From a virus (lineage: Duplodnaviria > Heunggongvirae > Uroviricota > Caudoviricetes), in IMG/VR virus record IMGVR_UViG_3300046820_001896: a stretch of 64,000 nucleotides of DNA, one strand, 5' to 3'. A program made the position numbers and the translations under genes. Numbering within the stretch: the stretch's first letter is position 1; each line of letters opens with the position of its first letter. Shown here one piece after another: positions 35,206-44,409 of the stretch. The notes beneath the pieces are model-generated. The model did no database searches and was not told the origin of the DNA. It saw only the letters and a program-made list of their open reading frames with translations.

Positions 35206-35922
35206 ATGTCAGTGTATTTCCAAGGTTTTCCTACAATTCAATATGACGTCGATGATGATAGACACTTCATCGAAGTCACTGATATTTTTAGAACTGTTAG
35301 ACCAAAGCAATCATTAAAAGATGATCTGTTATTGTATAGCAAATATACAATTAAAGACGGAGAACGTCCAGATCATGTTTCGCAAAAGCTTTATGGTTCT
35401 ATTGATTATTATTGGACATTCTTTATGGTTAACGAGAAGTTAGTTAACTACCACACAGATTGGCCATTATCACGTCAAGAATTAGAAGATCATATTGCAT
35501 TGAAATATGATGGATATGCACTAACAGTTGATAGCGACATATCTACTTTATTCACTAAAAATGAAACAATCCAAGGTTTAGTATCTGGTGCAACTGCAAC
35601 AATAACTCAAAAAGATTGCAATACAGATACTATTCGAATACTTAATGTAGTTGGTCAATTTAGAGCTAATGAATTAATTAGAGGATTGACAAGCAACGAT
35701 ACAGTTCAAATTACGGGTCAAATTCCATTCTATGATGCAACTCATCATTATGAAGGACCGAATTCTACAATTACAGATAAAGCTCATGGAATTCCAATAA
35801 CAAATTCAGAATACGAATTCAACTTGAATGAAGAAAAAACTGAAATTAAAGTTATTCGACCACAATACATAATGCGTGTATCTGAGCAATTCTTCCAACA
35901 AATTAATCCGACAGCAGAATAA
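35206..35922 (+). CDS. baseplate protein with LysM-like motif (gp53/gp26-like), start revised to MSVYFQG
   Basis: TIKDGERPDHVSQKLYGSIDYYW resembles a LysM/gpX-like motif; the track start overlaps the upstream gene. Confidence 0.4.
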   Translation: MSVYFQGFPTIQYDVDDDRHFIEVTDIFRTVRPKQSLKDDLLLYSKYTIKDGERPDHVSQKLYGSIDYYWTFFMVNEKLVNYHTDWPLSRQELEDHIALKYDGYALTVDSDISTLFTKNETIQGLVSGATATITQKDCNTDTIRILNVVGQFRANELIRGLTSNDTVQITGQIPFYDATHHYEGPNSTITDKAHGIPITNSEYEFNLNEEKTEIKVIRPQYIMRVSEQFFQQINPTAE

Positions 35923-37181
35923 TGGCAGCATTAGGTAAATTAGACTATTCGATAGATGAAGCAACACTGACTTCGTCTACTGGTGAAGTATTCAAATTTA
36001 AAGATTTGATTAGTGGTATAGACATATATGAATCATTATTATCTCCATATATTAAAGTGGATTTAACAATTGGTGATGCCGCAAACTTATTTGAAACTGC
36101 TCCAATTATTGGACAAGAAAAAGTTGAATTGACTATCACTGAAGGTCCACATAAAATTACTAGAACATTTTATGTTGCTGGTATGTCAAACTTTATCAAA
36201 GGCAATAATCAAGCCACAATGTATGTGTTGAAATTGATTACGCCTGAACAAATGATGAATAGTTTGTTATTGGTTTCGCAATCATTTAGCGGTACTATCG
36301 ATCAATCTATCGAACAAATTGTAAAAGATTATTTAAAAAGTAAAATTGCCAATAAAGAACAATCTGCTGGTAATTACAGCGTTGTCATTCCAAATTGGAA
36401 TCCATTTCAAGCTATCGATTGGTTAGCTCGTAGAGCAATGACTGCAAAGAAAATGCCATTTGCTTTTTATGAAACATGGAAAGATGGTTTTCAGTTTGAA
36501 TCATATGAATCTATGTTCAAAAAGAAAGTGTACAATAAATTTGTTCATAAAGGTGGTACAACTGCAGAGAGTGATGCTGAAAACCAAGCTGCATCATATA
36601 ACGTTGCATTTGAATATGATTTAGCAGACTATGCTAATACGCATAAAAATACATTACGTGGAACGTTTGGTTCTGGTATGTGGGTAATTGATATTGCAAC
36701 TAAGACATATAAGTTTGTTCAATATAATTATGAAAAAGATTTTGATAAAAAAGATCATTTAGATAAAAAAGCTTTCGTTAACCCAGATTTTAAAGTAAAT
36801 GGTAAAAAAATATCTGAATACGATTCTATTCATCATGTAGTTAATAAAAATACAAAAGCATTTGGTGAAAAAGCTACTAATAATTATAACAATGAAGCAG
36901 AATACACAAAACTTGAAGGCGATCCATTCATTTATCAACTAACATTAAACAAAATGAACTTAGCTGTTCGTGGAAGATGTGATTTAAGCCCAGGTAAGAT
37001 TATTGATTTTGCTGTAGATAGAGCTAAACCTTCTGTATATGGTAATACTAAAGATGAGAACGAATATATTTCTGGCAAGTATCTTGTATTAAATACTCAC
37101 CACAAATTAGCATCTGGTAAATTTGTAACTATTTTTGATGCTGTTCGTGATTCTCTTGGTAAGAAAGTGAAAAAAGCATAA
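35922..37181 (+). CDS. 27: baseplate hub subunit gp27-like
   Basis: 419 aa, immediately upstream of and overlapping gp5 (ATGA); typical gp27-gp5 pairing. Confidence 0.5.
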   Translation: MAALGKLDYSIDEATLTSSTGEVFKFKDLISGIDIYESLLSPYIKVDLTIGDAANLFETAPIIGQEKVELTITEGPHKITRTFYVAGMSNFIKGNNQATMYVLKLITPEQMMNSLLLVSQSFSGTIDQSIEQIVKDYLKSKIANKEQSAGNYSVVIPNWNPFQAIDWLARRAMTAKKMPFAFYETWKDGFQFESYESMFKKKVYNKFVHKGGTTAESDAENQAASYNVAFEYDLADYANTHKNTLRGTFGSGMWVIDIATKTYKFVQYNYEKDFDKKDHLDKKAFVNPDFKVNGKKISEYDSIHHVVNKNTKAFGEKATNNYNNEAEYTKLEGDPFIYQLTLNKMNLAVRGRCDLSPGKIIDFAVDRAKPSVYGNTKDENEYISGKYLVLNTHHKLASGKFVTIFDAVRDSLGKKVKKA

Positions 37182-38422
37182 TGAAAAACTATATGAATTG
37201 GTGGACTGGTGTTGTAGAAGATCGCGCAGATCCACAAGAATTGGGTCGTGTGCGTGTTCGTATTTTTGGACATCATACCGATGATATTGATAAAATTAAA
37301 TTAGGTGATTTGCCATGGGCTCATGTGATGATGCCTACTACATCTGCATCTATTTCAGGTTTAGGTTGGTCACCGACAGGTTTAGTTGAAGGTTCATGGG
37401 TTGTTGGTTTCTTCGCTGACGGAGAAAATTGCCAAGATCCTATTGTGTTAGGTTCTATTCATGGATATCCAACTCAACCAGGTGAAGAGAAAAAAGCTTT
37501 TAAGGATTACACAGGTGCATATCCTCGTTGGTTAAATGACACCGATGTATCATATACTGCGCGTGGAAAATGGAAAGAACACCAATCGTATTTTGCAAGA
37601 TATGGTGAAATGGTTAAAGGCATTGAGCAATCAACAAAGCCCACATTAAAAACTGTTGATGCTGATGCAACTGATGAAGCACGTCAAACTTGGGATGAAC
37701 CAGAACCAAGACGTGGAGTTCCAGGAGCATATCCGTTTATTCATACTTACGAATCTGAATCTGGAATTGTCAGAGAAATAGATGATACTAATGCTGCTTC
37801 GCGTATTACTGAATATCATCCAGCTGGCACATTTTATGAAATTTTACCAGATGGCGATAAAGTAACTAAAGTTTCAGGTGATAATTATGAAATTATTATT
37901 GCATCTGATAATATTTTAGTTCGTGGCACTAGAACAACTACTATTGAAGGTGATTGTCGTCATCTTGTAAAAGGTGATTACATCGTCGAAGTAATGGGCG
38001 ATTATAATTTAAAAGTGCATGGTAATAGAAATACTAAAGTTACTTTAAATGATAATATGGAAGTAGTAGGTAATTATAACTTAAACGTTGCTGAAGATTT
38101 TTTAACACGTGTTGGTAAAAACCAAACATTATTAATTGACGTTGATAAAACTGAAAGTATTGGTGGAAAATCTACATTAACTGTAACTGGTACAGTTGAT
38201 TTGGTGCTTTTAGATACGTATAGTATGTTCTCTAATGGAGCACAACAAATATCAACAAATTCTACACAACAATTTTTATCAAAAGATGGATTAAATATTG
38301 GATCTGAAGCTGCAACAGTTGTTAAGTGTAATTCAAATATGACTTATGAAGTTTCTGGAACATTCAATATTAATGCTGGTCCAACATTCCAAGTTTTAGC
38401 AGATAAGATAGAGTTGAACTAA
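37181..38422 (+). CDS. 5: gp5 baseplate hub/cell-puncturing spike (OB-fold plus beta-helix), lacking a lysozyme domain
   Basis: N-terminus NYMNWWTGVVEDRADPQELGRVRVRIFGHH matches T4 gp5 NNLNWFVGVVEDVMDP..GRVRVRVHGLH. C-terminal V.G.....V beta-helix repeats. Confidence 0.75.
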   Translation: MKNYMNWWTGVVEDRADPQELGRVRVRIFGHHTDDIDKIKLGDLPWAHVMMPTTSASISGLGWSPTGLVEGSWVVGFFADGENCQDPIVLGSIHGYPTQPGEEKKAFKDYTGAYPRWLNDTDVSYTARGKWKEHQSYFARYGEMVKGIEQSTKPTLKTVDADATDEARQTWDEPEPRRGVPGAYPFIHTYESESGIVREIDDTNAASRITEYHPAGTFYEILPDGDKVTKVSGDNYEIIIASDNILVRGTRTTTIEGDCRHLVKGDYIVEVMGDYNLKVHGNRNTKVTLNDNMEVVGNYNLNVAEDFLTRVGKNQTLLIDVDKTESIGGKSTLTVTGTVDLVLLDTYSMFSNGAQQISTNSTQQFLSKDGLNIGSEAATVVKCNSNMTYEVSGTFNINAGPTFQVLADKIELN

Positions 38423-38423
38423 T

Positions 38424-39713
38424 ATGACAAATAAAGTTTGTGGTGTAAATGCCGCTTTAGATGAAGCAAAAGCAGGAATTAATTCTTTAAAAGATAAAAT
38501 TTCTGGTGGATTAGACTCGATTGGAGATTTAGGTGGTTTAGCAACTACTATTAAAAATAAACTTGCTGAGGTAAATGTACCTCAACTTCCAACAATAAAT
38601 CTTCAAGCAGAATTAGCTAATTTACCTAAATTAACTCCTGAAGAATATGCAGCCAAAGTAGCTGAATTAAAAAAAGCTTTTGGAGATGCAGTTCCAAATT
38701 TAGATAATATTATTTCTAAAATTCCTAAACCAGCAGGCGTGGATGGAGTTGGCCAAAAAGATATTTTTGCAGATTTAAAAGCTTTAGCTGGTGATGTTGG
38801 TGCTGCTGTTAGAAAGGCACAAGAAGAACTCGCAAACTTAAGCATTGATTCTGTTGTTGCTGATGTATGTAAAGAAGTACCAAACGTAGAAGTAGTTACT
38901 ACTACTGAAACTGTTAAAATTGCTGATCCAAAAACTGGTAAAGAAACTAAAGTTGAAGTTCCTGTAACATCTCCACCAGTTGAAAAAGCAAAACCACCTA
39001 CAACACCAAAAGAAAATCCTAAAAAAGAAATACCACCTTCAGAACCTCCTGCAAAAGGTTTTACTTTTAATTTTACAAGAGAAAAATTAATTGCTGCAGG
39101 TGGAAAAGAAGCAGGACCATGGTATGATGCTATGGTAGAAATGTTGCCAAAATATAACATCACAACTCCTGAAAGAGTTGCCGCATTTATTGGTAACGTA
39201 AGAGCTGAATCTACATGGACTAAGTTGTCTGAAAATTTAAATTATGGAGCTAAGTACTTATTTGAAAGATTAAATCCTGGACGTATTCGTTTTCCAACTT
39301 ATGAGGATGCTGTTAAAGTAGAAAGAAAACCAGAACCTATTGCTAACATAATTTATATGGTTGGTCGTAAATTGCTAGATCCACAACCAGGTGATGGTTG
39401 GAAATTTAGAGGGCGTGGATTGATTGGTTTAACCTTTAAAGATGAATATTTAAGAGCTTCTAAAGCAATCTATAATGATGATAGATTGGTACAAAATCCA
39501 GATTTAGTTGCAACTGATAGAACTACAGCAATCTTAACTGCATGTTATTTCTTTAAACGCAATAATATGAATCCATGGGCAGATAAACAAGATTGGGGAA
39601 ATTGTAGAAGTATCGTTAATGCTGGTTCTCCTGGTAAAGATCCTAAAATTATTCACGGATATGAGTCTGGAGTAAAATTTCAACAAGATGCATATAACGT
39701 TCTGAAAGGTTAA
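38424..39713 (+). CDS. tail-associated lysin: coiled-coil, Pro/Lys linker, C-terminal GH19 domain
   Basis: VAAFIGNVRAESTW...GWKFRGRGLIGLTFKDEY resembles GH19. Sits between gp5 and gp25. Confidence 0.65.
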   Translation: MTNKVCGVNAALDEAKAGINSLKDKISGGLDSIGDLGGLATTIKNKLAEVNVPQLPTINLQAELANLPKLTPEEYAAKVAELKKAFGDAVPNLDNIISKIPKPAGVDGVGQKDIFADLKALAGDVGAAVRKAQEELANLSIDSVVADVCKEVPNVEVVTTTETVKIADPKTGKETKVEVPVTSPPVEKAKPPTTPKENPKKEIPPSEPPAKGFTFNFTREKLIAAGGKEAGPWYDAMVEMLPKYNITTPERVAAFIGNVRAESTWTKLSENLNYGAKYLFERLNPGRIRFPTYEDAVKVERKPEPIANIIYMVGRKLLDPQPGDGWKFRGRGLIGLTFKDEYLRASKAIYNDDRLVQNPDLVATDRTTAILTACYFFKRNNMNPWADKQDWGNCRSIVNAGSPGKDPKIIHGYESGVKFQQDAYNVLKG

Positions 39714-39724
39714 TAAATAGGATC

Positions 39725-40162
39725 ATGCGTACACAACATCCATCAGATTTATTAACACCAAAAGCTTCTATCGTAGCAAAAAGTTATGTTCACACTGATT
39801 TAGATTTGACTTTTACACCAAATCCAGTCACTGGCGATATTAATGCTATTAAAGATATTGAAGCTATTAAGCGTTCTGTTAAAAACTTAATCTTAACTAA
39901 CTTCCAAGAGCGTCCATTTCAACCTGAAATAGGTTCTGGAGTGCGTGGATTGCTATTTGAATTAGCAGATCCAATTACGATGCATGATATTAAGCAAGCA
40001 ATTGCTCGTACTATTAAAAACTTTGAACCAAGAGTTAACTTGATTGATGTATCGGTAAACGATGATTTTGATAATAATTCATATAATGTCGACATAACAT
40101 TTCAAATTATTGCTAATGAATTAATTGGCAATGCAACAATCATACTAGAGAGATTACGATAA
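39725..40162 (+). CDS. 25: gp25 baseplate wedge protein (GPW/gp25 family)
   Basis: 145 aa. The motif F.PE.GSG.R.LLFE resembles T4 gp25 F.PEFGC.L...LFE. Adjacent to gp6. Confidence 0.7.
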   Translation: MRTQHPSDLLTPKASIVAKSYVHTDLDLTFTPNPVTGDINAIKDIEAIKRSVKNLILTNFQERPFQPEIGSGVRGLLFELADPITMHDIKQAIARTIKNFEPRVNLIDVSVNDDFDNNSYNVDITFQIIANELIGNATIILERLR

Positions 40163-42090
40163 TGGCATCTAACCTAAGAGTTACTGAGTTAGATTTTTTC
40201 CAAATTAGAGAAAACTTCAAAACTTATCTAAAAGCTCAACAAGATAAAGGTAAATTCACCGACTATGACTTCGACGGGTCAGGTATGTCTGTGCTTTTAG
40301 ATATTTTAGCATATAATACTCACTACAATGCGGTGAATGCTAATATGGCACTTAATGAAGTGTTCTTAGATACTGCAGAACGTCGCAATAACGTTGTTTC
40401 TCTAGCTAAAATGATTAGTTATGTACCTCGTTCTGTTACAGCACCATTTTCATCAGTTGATATTGTAGTAAATTCTCCAACTGGTGCACCGGTATCATTA
40501 ACGTTAGATCGTGGTACAGTTTTTAATACTACTATTGATGATCAACAATATACGTTTGTTAATTTAGAAGGCATCACAATTACACCACAAGACGAAGTTA
40601 TTACCACAATTAGTGGTCAACAAACTTTGACTACTACGAACTATAACGTTTATCGTTTCCCAGAAGTAAAATTATACGAAGGCACTTTAACTAATATTGA
40701 ATATACTGTTGATTCATTTGATGAAGGATTCTATTTCCAAATTCCAGATGAAAAAGCTGATATCACAACTTTAGTAGTTAAAGTAAAAGCAAATTCTGCT
40801 TCAACAAGACAAGAAGTGTTTACACTGGCAACAGATTTTACTACTATTCGTGAAGACACAGCAGCATATTTCTTACAAGAAGGTCTTGATGGAAAATTTG
40901 AAGTATATTTTGGCGATGGTGTTACTGGTAAAGCATTAGAAGGCGGTAACGTAGTAACTTTAGAATGGTTAAGCACTAATGGTATTGCTGCAAATGGTGC
41001 TTCGGTATTCGTTTTAGCTGATACGATTTCAGGCAATTCAGATGTTGATGTTGCAACAATTAATAAAGCAACTGGCGGTGCTGAAAGAGAAGATCTAGCA
41101 TCTATCAAATTTAATGCTCCTTTATCATATTTGGCACAAAATAGAGTTGTTACAGCTGAAGACTATAAGTCAATGGTTGCTAATAACTATGGTGATGTTG
41201 AAACAGTAACTGTTTGGGGTGGTGAAGAGAATGATCCACCACAATATGGTAAAGCATATATCTGTATCAAACCTAAAACAGCGGCTGCGTTAAATGATGT
41301 TGAGAAAAAATTCATTATTGATAATATTTTAAGAACAAAAAATGTGGTTTCTATCACTCCAGTATTAGTAGATCCGCAATATACGTATTTGTTTTTCAAT
41401 GTTAATTTTAAATATAATCCAAACTTAACAGATTCGACTTCTGGACAATTAAAAACGATCGTAAATGACGTAATTGTCAATTATAATAACACAGATTTGA
41501 AAAAATTCGATGGAGTTTTCCGTCATTCTAAGATGACTCGTTTAATTGACTCGTCCGACGCTGGTATTTTAAGTTCTTCTGTGCGAGTATTCATGCAAAA
41601 GCGCTTACAACCTACTTTGGACGTGAAAAAACGCTATGAAATGCAATTTTCAGCTCCAATTGTGGGCGCAAGAAGCAATCCAAATGAACCTATCTTAAAA
41701 TCTAGCGGTTTTACACACAATGGAGTAACACAATACATCGAAGATCGTGTTTTATTAGCGGGAGAAGTAAATTCTCATGCTGATGAGAATGCAACGCATG
41801 TTTTACAAATGTATCGTATAGTAAACAACCAAAAAGTCATTTCAAACTCAGATGTTGGTTATATTAACGCTGATACAGGTTTAGTTGTATTAACTGGATT
41901 ACAGATTTCAGCTGTGCCAAACACATTTGTTAATTTTACAGCTATCCCAGCTTCTGATGATATTGCTCCTAAGCGTGAACAATTATTAGAAATTGATATT
42001 GCTCTTTGTACTGTAACTCCTACAATTGATACTATCGCAGTTGGTAGTTCAAATGCTGGTATCGGTTATACAACTACTAAGCGTAACTAA
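40162..42090 (+). CDS. 6: gp6 baseplate wedge protein
   Basis: 642 aa. DYDFDGSGMSVLLDILAYNTHY matches T4 gp6 DYDFEGSRLNVLCDLLAYNT. Confidence 0.8.
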   Translation: MASNLRVTELDFFQIRENFKTYLKAQQDKGKFTDYDFDGSGMSVLLDILAYNTHYNAVNANMALNEVFLDTAERRNNVVSLAKMISYVPRSVTAPFSSVDIVVNSPTGAPVSLTLDRGTVFNTTIDDQQYTFVNLEGITITPQDEVITTISGQQTLTTTNYNVYRFPEVKLYEGTLTNIEYTVDSFDEGFYFQIPDEKADITTLVVKVKANSASTRQEVFTLATDFTTIREDTAAYFLQEGLDGKFEVYFGDGVTGKALEGGNVVTLEWLSTNGIAANGASVFVLADTISGNSDVDVATINKATGGAEREDLASIKFNAPLSYLAQNRVVTAEDYKSMVANNYGDVETVTVWGGEENDPPQYGKAYICIKPKTAAALNDVEKKFIIDNILRTKNVVSITPVLVDPQYTYLFFNVNFKYNPNLTDSTSGQLKTIVNDVIVNYNNTDLKKFDGVFRHSKMTRLIDSSDAGILSSSVRVFMQKRLQPTLDVKKRYEMQFSAPIVGARSNPNEPILKSSGFTHNGVTQYIEDRVLLAGEVNSHADENATHVLQMYRIVNNQKVISNSDVGYINADTGLVVLTGLQISAVPNTFVNFTAIPASDDIAPKREQLLEIDIALCTVTPTIDTIAVGSSNAGIGYTTTKRN

Positions 42091-42104
42091 TAAAGGTAAG
42101 AAGT

Positions 42105-43028
42105 ATGGCTGACGTCACTAAAAGAATAAGTCCATCGAATCCAAAGTTTTATTCTTTGGATTCAATTTTACCTGAGCACTTAAAAGAAAATACAAAATTT
42201 ACACAATTTTTACAAGAGTATTTTAATTGGATGCAACTTGATGAGACTTCACCGGTCTCAGTCATCAATACACTTGATAAATTTCGTGATGCAGATTTAA
42301 TTAATGAAAATTTTCTAAAGTATTTAGAGCGTGAACTTGCAATTTCTATTCCTGGTAATTTACCAAATACTGACAAGCGAAAACTTTATAAACAAGTAAA
42401 CGACATCTATCGAGCTAAAGGTTCAATTCCTTCGTTCGAAGCATTGTTCAATTTGTTATACGGCGATGATATTGAACTATATTATCCTCGTATTGACCTG
42501 ATGAAGTTATCTGATGGTAATTGGAGCGAAGATGAAAATCGTTATTTGAATAAAGGTAGCTTTTTATCTGATTATAACTACATTCAAGACAGTTATTACT
42601 ATCAAGATTATTCATATGTTATTAAAACAAGAAAACCATATGAACAATGGCAAGCTGCAGTTAGAAAAATGCTACATCCTTCTGGATTTGCATTATTTGG
42701 TAGAGTAACTATTGTAAGTCAAGCCACTGTTAAAAGATTGAAGTCACCAAAACTTCAACCTGGAAGTAGATTTACAAGTTATGACAGAGTAATTCCAATC
42801 AGATTAGCTGTTGTAAAAGCAACTACTACTGTTGTTGAGATAGATTCATTCTTAGAAACGACATACTTTTCAGTTGGTGCAAAATTTGGGCCATCTTTCA
42901 GTTTATTAGACAAAATTAAGTTTATCATCGATCAACCAATCAATGCTTATATGCAATTTACATTGAAGGATGCTAGAGATGGTAATGGATTCAACGTATT
43001 ACCAGGTTCTGTAATAACGGTATCCTGA
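42105..43028 (+). CDS. baseplate wedge-region protein (307 aa; gp7/gp8/gp53 position)
   Basis: Synteny only. Confidence 0.4.
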   Translation: MADVTKRISPSNPKFYSLDSILPEHLKENTKFTQFLQEYFNWMQLDETSPVSVINTLDKFRDADLINENFLKYLERELAISIPGNLPNTDKRKLYKQVNDIYRAKGSIPSFEALFNLLYGDDIELYYPRIDLMKLSDGNWSEDENRYLNKGSFLSDYNYIQDSYYYQDYSYVIKTRKPYEQWQAAVRKMLHPSGFALFGRVTIVSQATVKRLKSPKLQPGSRFTSYDRVIPIRLAVVKATTTVVEIDSFLETTYFSVGAKFGPSFSLLDKIKFIIDQPINAYMQFTLKDARDGNGFNVLPGSVITVS

Positions 43029-43031
43029 GCA

Positions 43032-43039
43032 TATAAATA
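43032..43039 (+). promoter_or_regulatory. late promoter TATAAATA
   Basis: Exact match upstream of 43066. Confidence 0.5.
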
Positions 43040-43065
43040 GTTAAAGTACATAATAAGGACATAAA

Positions 43066-44394
43066 ATGTCAGCAATCATCACTACAAAATTTCGTTATCA
43101 AACTGCCGTAAATCTCATCAACGCGATGGGTGGCAATGGTTCTCAAGCCGACGACAAATATTACTTATTCATTGGTCGCACAGAAGAATGGCAAGATGAC
43201 GATAATCCTCCATTACCTGAAGACAGCGTAAGTCAAGAAAATGACGCACGCTTTAATATGCTTTCGCTAAAGCTTATTACTGCACCTAAGATTAGTCACG
43301 TTATTCCACGTTACAACTGGACTTCTGGTCAAACATACACAGAATTTGATGATCAAGATGAAGCTTTAACTACTAAACGTTTCTATGTTTACACTGAAGA
43401 TGATTTAAGCGTTTATAAGTGTATTAAAGCTGGTGCTGGTGCATCAGTTGTCAAACCTAGTGGAACAGATTTAACTATTGGTAATGTATTGTCTGATGGA
43501 TATCAATGGAAATATATGTTCACGTTGACTGGTTCAGCGATTGGAACATTTACTACTTCTCAGTTTATCCCTGTTAAAACTCTTGCTACAGACGATCTAA
43601 CTTATCAATGGGATGTACAACAAGCAGCTATTCCTGGTGCTATTTGGAGAATCAAAGTTACTAATGGCGGTACAGGTTATCAATCAAAGCCAACTGTAAC
43701 AATTGAAGGTAACGGTACAGGTTGTGTTGTACAAGCTGATGACATCACGCTAACTGGTGGTGTTATTACACAAATTTTAGTAAAAGCTGCGAATGTTGGT
43801 CAAGATTATTCACAAGCAAAAGTTGTATTCACAGGCGGTGGTCCAACTTCAACAGCTTCAGCACGTGCAATCATTACACCTAATGGTGGTCATGGTTCAG
43901 ATCCTATCCAAGAACTTGGCGGATATTATGCTATGATTACATCTACTTTAGCTGGTGATGAAGGTACAGGAGACTTTATTATTGATAATGGTTTCCGTCA
44001 AATTGGCATCTTGCGCAATCCTATAGATACTGCTACAGATGAAATTGGCGAAGCTACTACTTACTTAGCATGTACAAAGTTAGAATACTCTAATTTAGTT
44101 GGTGGTACATTTGCAGTAGGTGATACTGTGATTGGTGCAACATCTGGAGCAGAAGCAATTATTGATTCAGTTGGTACTGGATTTATTTTAGTACACCAGA
44201 ATATTGGTACAGGATTTACTGCATTTACTGCAACAGAATCTATTGAAGTTGGTTCAGTAAGCGCAACGTTAGACACAATTACAGAACCAGAAATCGATTT
44301 AAATAGCGGTGAAGTATTGTATATTGAAAACATTTCTCCTGTTACTCGTAACGAAAACCAAACAGAAGATATTAAATTAGTTTTAGAGCTATAA
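43066..44394 (+). CDS. virion structural protein (442 aa) with GGTGY/GGxG beta-rich repeats
   Basis: In the late operon; Gly/Thr-rich. Confidence 0.45.
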   Translation: MSAIITTKFRYQTAVNLINAMGGNGSQADDKYYLFIGRTEEWQDDDNPPLPEDSVSQENDARFNMLSLKLITAPKISHVIPRYNWTSGQTYTEFDDQDEALTTKRFYVYTEDDLSVYKCIKAGAGASVVKPSGTDLTIGNVLSDGYQWKYMFTLTGSAIGTFTTSQFIPVKTLATDDLTYQWDVQQAAIPGAIWRIKVTNGGTGYQSKPTVTIEGNGTGCVVQADDITLTGGVITQILVKAANVGQDYSQAKVVFTGGGPTSTASARAIITPNGGHGSDPIQELGGYYAMITSTLAGDEGTGDFIIDNGFRQIGILRNPIDTATDEIGEATTYLACTKLEYSNLVGGTFAVGDTVIGATSGAEAIIDSVGTGFILVHQNIGTGFTAFTATESIEVGSVSATLDTITEPEIDLNSGEVLYIENISPVTRNENQTEDIKLVLEL

Positions 44395-44409
44395 CACAAA
44401 GGCAAAAAC

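Noticed and set aside
38603-39163. 186-aa minus-strand ORF inside the GH19 tail lysin gene
   Set aside because: It is antisense to the Pro/Lys/Ala-rich linker and has low complexity.
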